In this document: positions 1-7,571 of the stretch, one piece after another
How positions within the stretch are numbered: position 1 is the first letter of the stretch
How the letters are laid out: every line of letters starts with the position of its first letter
Assembly (NCBI GenBank): GCA_051117555.1
Contig: JBNPEG010000025.1
Location: 1-16,604 of the forward strand
Direction: 5' to 3'
Length of the DNA: 16,604 nucleotides
Source: Elainellaceae cyanobacterium
GTDB taxonomy: Bacteria > Cyanobacteriota > Cyanobacteriia > CAZCXK01
The notes under the pieces: generated by a model
The model's database searches: none
Told to the model about the DNA's origin: nothing
The model's input: only the letters and a program-made list of their open reading frames with translations
Translations under genes and position numbers: made by a program

Positions 1-180
1 ATGTTTTAACTCCTCGCTACTTTCCGAAATTTCTAATCGGTAGACCCCTGCCATGGATATATGCCAAACTCTGCTCCTTCATAATTGCAGAATCTGTAGC
101 CTCAACCAAGAGAATTGGTATAATACCAAATCCGAATTCAATAGCCTCATTAAAAAAAAACCAACACCCGCAATGGTTTC

Positions 181-237
181 GTTGGGTTACGCTAGCGCTT
201 GGGCGAAGCCATGCCCGAAGGGCTTTACCCAATCTAC
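181..237 (-). repeat. GTAG-type REP-like palindrome carrying a 25-nt internal hairpin module (copy A)
   Basis: Plus strand reads GTTGGGTTACGCTAGCGCTT-GGGCGAAGCCATGCCCGAAGGGCTT-TACCCAATCTAC. Outer stem TTGGGT/ACCCAA, terminal CTAC (GTAG on minus), inner hairpin GCCC-GAA-GGGC. Aligns to 11257-11314. Confidence 0.75.
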
Positions 238-305
238 CGCTTTGTCAGTCCTGTCATATTTATTTCCTGGCAAAAAACTCACTAAATCTTCATCTTTATG
301 TAATG

Positions 306-355
306 TTTACTATCTTTAACGTTCCTTGAACAAAGCTTAATGGTGTCTTTAATGA
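306..355 (+). promoter_or_regulatory. Possible Pho-box-like (SphR) array upstream of the phosphatase
   Basis: TTTAACGT (315), TTGAACAA (326), CTTAATGG (336) and TTTAATGA (348) recur at 10-12 bp spacing. They loosely match the cyanobacterial PyTTAAPyPy(T/A) repeat and lie upstream of a phosphatase gene. Confidence 0.3.
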
Positions 356-427
356 AGTCATTGAGTCTAGGTATGGTCACTGAAATTTCAAAGACTGTCT
401 GTTCACAAATCACACATTTCCTAACTC

Positions 428-3358
428 ATGGCACCCATTACACTTCAAATTCTGCATGCTGCGGACCAGGAAGCAGGACTTCCTGCAATTCAAGATGCAG
501 TAAATTTCTCTGCCGTTATCGAAGGATTGGCAGATGATTATGACAACACCTTGAGACTGTCCTCCGGAGACATTTATATCCCAGGTCCATTCTTTAATGC
601 GAGCGCGGATCTTTATGGCGAACCCGGAATTGGCGACATCCCAATCAACAATGCTTTGGGATTTCAGGCTGTCGCCTTTGGCAACCACGAGTTTGACTTG
701 GGAACAGAAACTATCAGCACGCTACTGCGAGCCAATCCAGACATCATAGGTCCAGGAATTGGTGAAGGCGGCTACGCAGGAACCGCGTTTCCCTATCTCA
801 GCTCTAACTTAGATTTCAGCGCCGACCCCAATCTCGCTGATTTGGTGGTTCCTGGAGGCGGTGAGCCGATACCCAACAGCATCTCTGACAGCATCGTTCT
901 GGAGGTGGGTGGAGAGCGGGTTGGTATCGTCGGGGCAACCACACCCTTACTACCCTCGATTGCCTCGCCCGGTGATGTGGGCGTTTTTCCAACCGATCCA
1001 GATGACTTCGCCGCCCTTGCTGCTGAGATCCAAGAGTCAGTTGATGCCCTCACGGATACGGGTATCAATAAAGTCATTCTATTAGCACACTTCCAGCAAC
1101 TTAGCATCGAGCAAGAGGTAGCAGCTTTACTCGATGATGTAGATGTAGTCATTGCCGGCGGATCTAACACGCTGCTAGCCAATCCAGACGATTCATTGCG
1201 GGCTGGCGACACAATTGAGGGCCCCTATCCGATCGAAGTCGATTCTAATGGAGAAACGGTCTACGTCATCAATACTGACGGCAATTATCGATATGTGGGA
1301 CGTTTAGCCGCAGAATTCGATGAGAATGGCGTTATTACCAGCATTTTGGACGATAGCGGCGCGTTTGCCACCGATGACGCAGGGGTCGATCGTGTCTATG
1401 GCGAGGATGTTGACCCACGAGAGTTCGCAGATCCCACCATTGTTGAAGTGACCGATGCGATCGCCGATGTGGTAATTGAAAGAGATGGCAACACCTTTGG
1501 CAGCACGACTGTATTTCTCAACGGCACCCGGGGAGACGTGCGGACTCAGGAAACCAACTTGGGGAACCTGACCGCTGATGCCAATCTGTTCACAGCACAG
1601 CAGTATGACTCTACTGTGACCGTTTCCATTAAGAATGGAGGCGGTATCCGCGACAATATCGGTCAGGCCATCGTTCCGCCAGGCGGCACGGGTGGATTAG
1701 AGTTGTCGCCACCGCCTGCCAATCCACTGGCAGGAAAGGAAGAAGGCGAAATATCTCAACTCGACATCGAAAACTCGCTGCGATTTAACAATGAATTGAC
1801 CTTGCTGACCGTCACGGCGGAGGAATTGGAGTACTTGTTAGAGCATGGCGTTGCTGCAACTGAGCCGGGCGCAACTCCGGGGCAGTTTCCCCAAGTGGGT
1901 GGATTTGCGTTTAGCGTTGATGCGACCCAGCAGGCGATCGCCTTCGACGACATGGGCAATGTCCTCACCGATGGCGAACGGATTCAAAGCCTAGCGATTC
2001 TCAACGACGATGGAACGGTGGCCGATATCATCGTGGATGACGGTGAACTTCAGGGCGATCCAGACCGCGAAATTCGTCTAGTGACACTCAACTTCCTTGC
2101 TGGTGGTGGCGATGGCTATCCGTTTGACGTCTTTGGTGAAAATCGGCTTGACTTGGTTGGGCAGCCGTTACCTAATGGCGCGCCTGATGTTGCCAATTTT
2201 ACAGAGGATGGATCAGAGCAAGATGCGCTTGCCGAATATCTGGTGGCAAACTTCTCAGACACTCCATTTTCTGTGGAAGATACTCCCCCTGAGGAAGACA
2301 CTCGCATCCAAAACCTGGCAGTTCGTGAGGACACAATTCTCGGTGACGATGGTGAACCCGGCACGGGCGATGGGTCAACCACCGACGGAGATGACGACAT
2401 CACGGGTGGAGACGACAATGATGATCTAACGGGCGATCCGATTCGGAGCCGTAGCGGTGGTAATGATGTCATTGAGGGCGGTGCTGGCGACGACCAGCTT
2501 GCCGGAGGACCTGGCGACGATCAGCTCTTTGGCGGTGACGGCAACGATGAACTCAGCGGTGGCGCTGGCAGTGATTTATTAGACGGGGGTGCAGGCAAAA
2601 ATATCCTGTCTGGTGGCGATGGTGCAGACACCTTCGTGATCAGCGTTCCCAGCGTCACGATTGGCGACTTCTCGATCGGGTTTGACGCATCTCGCGCTTC
2701 TGATACCGCGAGCGGGTTCTTTATCGAAGACACGGTTGGCGGACTGGGCATTTTGTTTGATTTGAGTGTGCCGGGTGAGTTGAGCATCACTGACAGTGAG
2801 CTAACTCTTGCGGATGCAGACCTGCTGCTCTCGTCCGAATTTGCAGGCATCTTAGGTATTTCTGACCTGACAGGTGCCGATGTTGGGGATGCCCGAACCG
2901 ATGCAGACGTGTTTCCCATTGATTCAGCCGTTCAAGTTGAATCGGGAGTCACCAGCGTCTTCTTAGATCTACCCCTCTTGGAAGAGGTCGCAGGACTTGT
3001 CTTATCAAGCGCTGACAGTGAAGCTGAGCCTTTCTCGGATGATTTTCAGGTTGGTTTTGACATCACCGGAGAAACGGACTTGACCCTGAATGCAGACCTT
3101 AGCCTCATCGAAGGAAGCATCGAACATTCAGGCACGCTGACCCTGCTCACGTTGGGAACGGGCGAGGGAACGGATGTGATTCGTGATTTTGAGTTAGGCG
3201 ACGACTTGATTAGCTTGGGTAGCGGTCTGGCTTTTGATCAACTATCTCTTGCTCAAAATCGTAATGATACGCTAATCAGCGTCGGCGATGAGGCGATCGC
3301 CCGGGTTGTGGGTGTGACTCCAAACGAGCTATCCGAGGCAAATTTTGTAGCTGCATAA
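428..3358 (+). CDS. Secreted bifunctional metallophosphatase/5'-nucleotidase (UshA family, atypical cyanobacterial alkaline phosphatase type) with RTX Ca-binding repeats
   Basis: 976 aa. Metallophosphoesterase motifs LHAADQE, SSGDIY, GNHEFDLG, LLAH, IAGGS. 5'-nucleotidase C-domain motifs RTQETNLGNLTADA, NGGGIR, FPQVGG, FLAGGGDGY. GGxGxDxLx nonapeptides at about 2385-2640. T1SS-type C-terminus (GTDVIRDF...ANF). No Sec signal; very acidic. Confidence 0.92.
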   Translation: MAPITLQILHAADQEAGLPAIQDAVNFSAVIEGLADDYDNTLRLSSGDIYIPGPFFNASADLYGEPGIGDIPINNALGFQAVAFGNHEFDLGTETISTLLRANPDIIGPGIGEGGYAGTAFPYLSSNLDFSADPNLADLVVPGGGEPIPNSISDSIVLEVGGERVGIVGATTPLLPSIASPGDVGVFPTDPDDFAALAAEIQESVDALTDTGINKVILLAHFQQLSIEQEVAALLDDVDVVIAGGSNTLLANPDDSLRAGDTIEGPYPIEVDSNGETVYVINTDGNYRYVGRLAAEFDENGVITSILDDSGAFATDDAGVDRVYGEDVDPREFADPTIVEVTDAIADVVIERDGNTFGSTTVFLNGTRGDVRTQETNLGNLTADANLFTAQQYDSTVTVSIKNGGGIRDNIGQAIVPPGGTGGLELSPPPANPLAGKEEGEISQLDIENSLRFNNELTLLTVTAEELEYLLEHGVAATEPGATPGQFPQVGGFAFSVDATQQAIAFDDMGNVLTDGERIQSLAILNDDGTVADIIVDDGELQGDPDREIRLVTLNFLAGGGDGYPFDVFGENRLDLVGQPLPNGAPDVANFTEDGSEQDALAEYLVANFSDTPFSVEDTPPEEDTRIQNLAVREDTILGDDGEPGTGDGSTTDGDDDITGGDDNDDLTGDPIRSRSGGNDVIEGGAGDDQLAGGPGDDQLFGGDGNDELSGGAGSDLLDGGAGKNILSGGDGADTFVISVPSVTIGDFSIGFDASRASDTASGFFIEDTVGGLGILFDLSVPGELSITDSELTLADADLLLSSEFAGILGISDLTGADVGDARTDADVFPIDSAVQVESGVTSVFLDLPLLEEVAGLVLSSADSEAEPFSDDFQVGFDITGETDLTLNADLSLIEGSIEHSGTLTLLTLGTGEGTDVIRDFELGDDLISLGSGLAFDQLSLAQNRNDTLISVGDEAIARVVGVTPNELSEANFVAA

Positions 3359-3365
3359 TGCCTGA

Positions 3366-3399
3366 GAGGTGAAACACAACCCAGGCTGTGTTTCACCTC
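3366..3399. terminator. Hairpin between convergent genes, probable bidirectional terminator
   Basis: Perfect 13-bp stem GAGGTGAAACACA / TGTGTTTCACCTC with an 8-nt loop, filling the gap between the stops at 3358 and 3403. No U-tract. Confidence 0.7.
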
Positions 3400-3402
3400 C
3401 CG

Positions 3403-4140
3403 TCAGCTCAATTTTCTTGCGATGCCGATATACATAACGGAGGTGTCACGGTCTAGACTGAGCGTGAAGCCTCCGGTTTTTTTATATCGCCAATAGGCGC
3501 ACGCCATCTCCAACGGAGTAGAGCCAAATAGGTTAAATCCGCTGATGTCAATGTCGATGAAACCAAGCTGCGTCAGTGTATCGATTAGGTCGTGAGGGCA
3601 AATGAATTTATGCCAGTCATGAATCCCGATAGGAATTTCGTTCAGCACATATTCCAGCAGCCCGATCATCACCATGCGAGATTTGAGCGTTCGATTGATT
3701 GTGTCAAAACAAAAGAACCCACCCGGTTTCAAGACCCGCTCGATTTCTCGCAGCGTTTGAGACACATTCATGACGTGTTCAAGCACGTCGACACATATCA
3801 CGGCATCGAAGCTTTGATTGGGATAGGGCAAAGCTTCTGAATAGCCATGCTGGTAGGCGATCGCCAAATTTGACTGGCGCGCGTGAGCCGTCGCAGTTGC
3901 GATGCACGATGCCGATTGATCAATCCCCGACACGATTGCCCGCCGGGCTGCTAAAAATTCACAGGTAAATCCGCCGCCGCATCCCACGTCAAGTATTCGC
4001 AATTCCTGCCAATTTTTGATGTGGCGATCAAAATACTGAAACCGCAGTGGATTGAGCTGATGAAGCGCATAGATTTTGGCACCCTGTTCCCACCACTGGT
4101 CGGCTTGAGCATCGTAGAAGGTTAGATCATTTCGCGGCAT
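3403..4140 (-). CDS. ubiG: UbiG-family SAM-dependent O-methyltransferase
   Basis: 245 aa. SAM motif ILDVGCGGG, plus DVLEHV and LKPGG. UbiG signatures WW...LHQLNPLR, TINRT and G.HDW.KFI.P. The symbol indicates family only; a ubiquinone role is doubtful in a cyanobacterium. Confidence 0.85.
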   Translation of the reverse strand: MPRNDLTFYDAQADQWWEQGAKIYALHQLNPLRFQYFDRHIKNWQELRILDVGCGGGFTCEFLAARRAIVSGIDQSASCIATATAHARQSNLAIAYQHGYSEALPYPNQSFDAVICVDVLEHVMNVSQTLREIERVLKPGGFFCFDTINRTLKSRMVMIGLLEYVLNEIPIGIHDWHKFICPHDLIDTLTQLGFIDIDISGFNLFGSTPLEMACAYWRYKKTGGFTLSLDRDTSVMYIGIARKLS

Positions 4141-4205
4141 AGATGAAACCTTAGCGTGAAGAAATGTAACAATAATACTAGTTGCTTATTGATTGATTTG
4201 TTCTC

Positions 4206-4943
4206 GTGCGACCTCGTGTTTCGATCATCATTCCGACTCTAAACGAATCTACATGCCTTGGGCAGACGCTACGCCACTTGTCAATTTTAGACCCGCCTGC
4301 TTGGGAGATTATTGTCGTTGATGGGGGGAGCCGCGATCGCACGGTCAGCATTGCCGACGCAGCCAATGTATCCACTGTGCTGTCAAAACAAGCTCGCCGT
4401 TCCTGTCAGATGAATCAAGGGGTTGCCGTCGCAACGGGAGAATTTTTATGTTTTCTGCATGCCGATACGTGGGTGCCCGAAGATTTGATTGCCCTCATCC
4501 ACCAGACCCTCAATGACTCCACAATTGCGTGCGGAGGATTTGTGTCACTGATGACCGGCACTCGATCAACACGATGGGGCATTTCGTTACACAACTACCT
4601 CAAAACCTACTACGCACCTTTGATTTTTCGTCCACACTTGTTCTTTGGCAAAGGATTAAAAATACTGTTTGGCGATCAGGCGATGTTTTGCCGAGCAACA
4701 GAGTTTCGCGACTGCGGGGGGTTTGATCCAGATTTACCCATCATGGAAGATGCGGATCTATGCCGGAAACTCGTTCGCTATGGGCGCATTCATCTGGTGC
4801 ATCGAGTGGTGCAATCCTCCGATCGGCGCGTTGCGAAGTGGGGTGCCGTCCGCGCAACGCTACTATATCTTTGGATTGGTGTGTTATGGGGAGTTGGCGT
4901 GTCGGCATCATATTTAGAACAATTTTATGATGATGTGCGCTGA
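4206..4943 (+). CDS. GT2 glycosyltransferase, TIGR04283-like (rSAM/selenodomain-associated, annotated as arsenosugar biosynthesis)
   Basis: GTG start, 245 aa. Motifs VSIIIPTLNE, IIVVDGGSRD, QMNQG, FLHADT, FGDQAMF, GGF..LPIMED and SSDRR..W are typical of this subfamily. Confidence 0.88.
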   Translation: MRPRVSIIIPTLNESTCLGQTLRHLSILDPPAWEIIVVDGGSRDRTVSIADAANVSTVLSKQARRSCQMNQGVAVATGEFLCFLHADTWVPEDLIALIHQTLNDSTIACGGFVSLMTGTRSTRWGISLHNYLKTYYAPLIFRPHLFFGKGLKILFGDQAMFCRATEFRDCGGFDPDLPIMEDADLCRKLVRYGRIHLVHRVVQSSDRRVAKWGAVRATLLYLWIGVLWGVGVSASYLEQFYDDVR

Positions 4944-5629
4944 TTGAGGCTCAGATCGTAGGGCAAATAGCGCACGTTTACCTCATCGCCCATCGGCATG
5001 GGGGCTGTCAAATAATTTTGAATATAGTCTGGGATAGAGGGCGCAACCTGCAAAAAATCTCGGTGATACCATTTAAAGATTTTGCTGCAATACAACGTGC
5101 GATCGCGAGCCTCATAGCGAACTTTATCAGGGTTTTGAATAAATCGCTGAGCATCTTCTTCGAGCTGAGTTTGCACGGTTTCAGGCAGATACGCTTCATT
5201 GCGTAGCAGCGGACATCCAACCGCTGCACAGACCAGCGCAAAATGAATGCGAGGATCTTGAAACTGCCGTCTCAAGACGCGATGCTCGATGCGGTTGAGG
5301 CTATAGCGGCGATCGCCCAGTTGATAGATCGGATGCAGGAAAAACCAAAGAAACCCAATCCAGTTAGGAATCCCTAGTATTTTGGGGCGAATCGACGTAA
5401 TAGGGTAGTGCTTTAATACCTGCTGAATGCAGAGCGCATTATAAAGGTTAATCCAAAATGCGAGTTGAGTGTTGGCATCATGACTATGAGGGTGATCGAG
5501 GTCGCGAATCTCGCTCAACCAAGCGTGCAACGTGTCTTCTGACTTTGCCTTCCAAGACTGGTAGTCAACGCGCCCACGATCATCTACATAGTGTCGCAGC
5601 AGGGAATCCCAAATTTTGAAAGCTGTCAT
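4925..5629 (-). CDS. DUF547 domain protein
   Basis: Motifs GRVDY, LAFWINLYNA, SLNRIEH..LR, DPRIHFALVCAAVGCP.L, SKIFKWY..DF and Y..YD.SLN. Start reassigned to ATG 5629 (MTAFKIWD) because the 47-codon upstream extension in the ORF track runs through a repeat element. Stop overlaps the convergent GT2 gene by 19 bp. Confidence 0.88.
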   Translation of the reverse strand: MTAFKIWDSLLRHYVDDRGRVDYQSWKAKSEDTLHAWLSEIRDLDHPHSHDANTQLAFWINLYNALCIQQVLKHYPITSIRPKILGIPNWIGFLWFFLHPIYQLGDRRYSLNRIEHRVLRRQFQDPRIHFALVCAAVGCPLLRNEAYLPETVQTQLEEDAQRFIQNPDKVRYEARDRTLYCSKIFKWYHRDFLQVAPSIPDYIQNYLTAPMPMGDEVNVRYLPYDLSLNQRTSS

Positions 5630-5656
5630 TGCGTTAATTGATGACAACAGTACCAC

Positions 5657-5795
5657 TATAGCCTTACGCGCTCGCGTTAGGACACTGGACGTGTGTAGAC
5701 CCCGCGCACGCGCCGGTTCTACACACAAACCTAAGCCTGTAAAGCTATACCAATCCCAGATGGAACCCATTCACAAGCGATTTAGGATCGCTATA
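5657..5795. repeat. Composite TATAGC...GCTATA palindromic MITE-like element flanked by direct repeats
   Basis: Nested stems TATAGCCTTAC/GTAAAGCTATA (5657/5749), TTAGG/CCTAA and GTGTGTAGA/TCTACACAC. A second unit at 5746-5795 ends GATTTAGGATCGCTATA. TACCACTA occurs at 5651-5658 and 5796-5803. Confidence 0.7.
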
Positions 5796-5837
5796 TACCA
5801 CTAGGATAACGAGTAGGTGTCGAGATAGAGGATAGAT

Positions 5838-6371
5838 ATGAAGGCGGGGATACGAGCGATCGCCTGGTTTGTTCTTAAGTGGCTAATCCGCATTCGGTTT
5901 CCGATCGTCAAGCGATTGACCACCACTGAGCTTGCCCATCAACTCGAATCAGACGTTGACTCAACGAATGGTCAACATCCAATATTGCTTGATGCTCGAA
6001 CCTTCGAAGAATATCAGGTCAGCCACTTACCGGGCGCACGCTGGGTTGATATGAATGACCCTGTGGATTATCTGTTAGATTACGGCCAGGGCGATCGCCT
6101 CAATTCGCCATCCCCGCCGTCTGTCGTCATCTATTGCTCAATTGGCTACCGCTCAGCCCAACTGACGCAACAGCTTCAAGCGAGAGGACACAAAAACGTC
6201 GTCAATTTAGAAGGGTCTATCTTTGCATGGATCAACGAAAACCGCCCGGTTTATCGAAATGCGACCCCTGTATGTGATATCCATCCCTATCATGATGCAT
6301 GGAAATGGCTACTCAACCCAAACTCTCATCCCACTACTCAAATTCCACCTTCTAGACGTCCAAATAAATAA
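5838..6371 (+). CDS. Rhodanese-like domain protein (single-domain sulfurtransferase)
   Basis: 177 aa. Motifs LLDART.EEYQVSHLPGA, active-site loop YCSIGYRS and NLEGSIFAW. Confidence 0.9.
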   Translation: MKAGIRAIAWFVLKWLIRIRFPIVKRLTTTELAHQLESDVDSTNGQHPILLDARTFEEYQVSHLPGARWVDMNDPVDYLLDYGQGDRLNSPSPPSVVIYCSIGYRSAQLTQQLQARGHKNVVNLEGSIFAWINENRPVYRNATPVCDIHPYHDAWKWLLNPNSHPTTQIPPSRRPNK

Positions 6372-6434
6372 ATATGACGTGCCGAAGCACGCCTTAAGGA
6401 ATTAACGAAATAAAAATACGTCTCGAAGCATCCA

Positions 6435-6731
6435 CTATTGAAAGTCTGAGACAGCCTTATCAAACGCTGTTTTCAAATCATTCCAAGCGGCGTCAAAACC
6501 GGATTGCAGGTCTGCCCAGGCTGCTTCGCTAGACGCCTGAATTTCCTCTAGCTTCGACTGAGCTGCATCACGCTTTGCTTGCAATGACTCAAGAGAGTCT
6601 TGATACTTGAGCTTAGTATCCGCTTCGGCTTTAGCTGCTTTTGCCTTTAGTTCTTCAAGCTGAGCATTCAGCTTATCAAATTCAGCTTGCGCTTTTTGCT
6701 GATAGATTTCTTTCTTTTCATCGATAGCCAT
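6435..6731 (-). CDS. Small coiled-coil protein, Sll1863-like stress protein family
   Basis: 98 aa, all-helical, pattern YQQK.QA....NAQL..LKAKA...AW.DL..G...AW. RBS AGAGGAGG lies 6 nt before ATG 6731, preferred over GTG 6734. Confidence 0.75.
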   Translation of the reverse strand: MAIDEKKEIYQQKAQAEFDKLNAQLEELKAKAAKAEADTKLKYQDSLESLQAKRDAAQSKLEEIQASSEAAWADLQSGFDAAWNDLKTAFDKAVSDFQ

Positions 6732-6763
6732 CACAGACCTCCTCTAGAAGAATAAATCAACAC

Positions 6764-6889
6764 TATAGCGATGCTAAATCGCTTGTAAACTGTGTGTGAG
6801 CGATATGCGATCGAAGTAAGCACAGTGATGTGAACGCGGCGCGTCCCCCACCACCATTTCCCTATTGGATGTACTTGCAAACTGCTGTA
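6764..6889. repeat. TATAGC-ended dispersed repeat filling the intergenic region
   Basis: 6764-6789 (TATAGCGATGCTAAATCGCTTGTAAA) matches the reverse complement of 5770-5795 at 24/26. The segment ends ...ACTGCTGTA (a GCTATA-like terminus) next to the stop at 6893. Confidence 0.6.
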
Positions 6890-6892
6890 GAT

Positions 6893-7150
6893 CTAGAGAT
6901 CTTCATCTAGCGTGTTGGGAGATACTTCGATTGACCCTCGGCTTCGTTGCATTTCCTGAGGAGTCAATAAATCGCTAAGCTGCTCAACATCGACACCTGC
7001 CTCCTCACATGCGTCTTGCAAGCTTTTTTCAAACGTTTCAATTTCCTCGCCGTATCCACACTGCCTAGCAGCTACAGCTTTGCCATACTTAGCGTTTGCT
7101 TTGGCGCATGATACTAATTCCACGCCTTGCAGGGGTGTTTGTGAAACCAA
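6893..7150 (-). CDS. Small conserved cyanobacterial hypothetical protein
   Basis: 85 aa, TTG start preceded by AGAGGAGG. The PLQG.ELV.CAKANA..G...AA.QCGYG pattern recalls a cyanobacterial hypothetical family. Co-oriented with the next small gene. Confidence 0.7.
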   Translation of the reverse strand: MVSQTPLQGVELVSCAKANAKYGKAVAARQCGYGEEIETFEKSLQDACEEAGVDVEQLSDLLTPQEMQRSRGSIEVSPNTLDEDL

Positions 7151-7356
7151 GATTTCAAACCTCCTCTCAAAACTGTCACGACACCGCGATGTCGCAACGA
7201 TGCGATCGCGTCTTGTTACTTAATCTTAATAATCTAAACTGTGTGAAAGATATAGAGCACTTCTAAGACCATGAACTAAAATTTGCCTGAAACACATCCT
7301 CCTTAGGAAATAACATTCCATCCAAACACCAGTAAAAACTACGACTCATTTTTCTC

Positions 7357-7396
7357 TATAACAGTCCTAAATGATTCGTAAAAGGGAAGGGCTATA
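7357..7396. repeat. Degenerate or internally deleted copy of the TATAGC/GCTATA repeat
   Basis: TATAACAGTCCTAAATGATTCGTAAA matches the reverse complement of 5770-5795 at 18/26 and is followed by GGGCTATA. Confidence 0.5.
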
Positions 7397-7571
7397 AACA
7401 TGAAGAAATTTGGGTGAGGCGATCTGCTAGTTTCCCGGAGAATTCGGGCATTCTGAAGCCAGAAATTAACTCTGCCCTGTCTAGACCTGTAATTCTACGT
7501 ACGAAAAAACTCTAGGAATTCAGCGGGTCACAGGTTCAACAGATGTAAATTTCTCAGAAAACAAACCTGAA

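Noticed and set aside
17..319. ORFs 17-232 (-) and 53-319 (+)
   Set aside because: They run through an AT-rich promoter region and a REP-like repeat, with no recognisable motifs.
410..2919. Antisense and alternate-frame ORFs within the phosphatase gene, and similar shadow ORFs in other genes
   Set aside because: They overlap well-supported CDSs and are Ser/Pro-rich mirrors of Gly/Asp codons.
3403..4140. Methyltransferase as ArsM arsenite methyltransferase
   Set aside because: Signatures are UbiG-type, and the ArsM Cys motif arrangement is not recognisable.
4166..4178. GTAACAATAATAC as an NtcA site in the methyltransferase/GT2 divergent gap
   Set aside because: Spacing is GTA-N7-TAC, not GTA-N8-TAC.
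5630..5770. 47-aa N-terminal extension of DUF547 as a signal peptide
   Set aside because: It is encoded almost entirely by the palindromic repeat, and family similarity begins at ATG 5629.
6435..7150. Small proteins as NHLP/Nif11 precursor peptides for the C39 exporter
   Set aside because: No double-glycine leader (ELS..EL..V.GG) and no core-peptide character.
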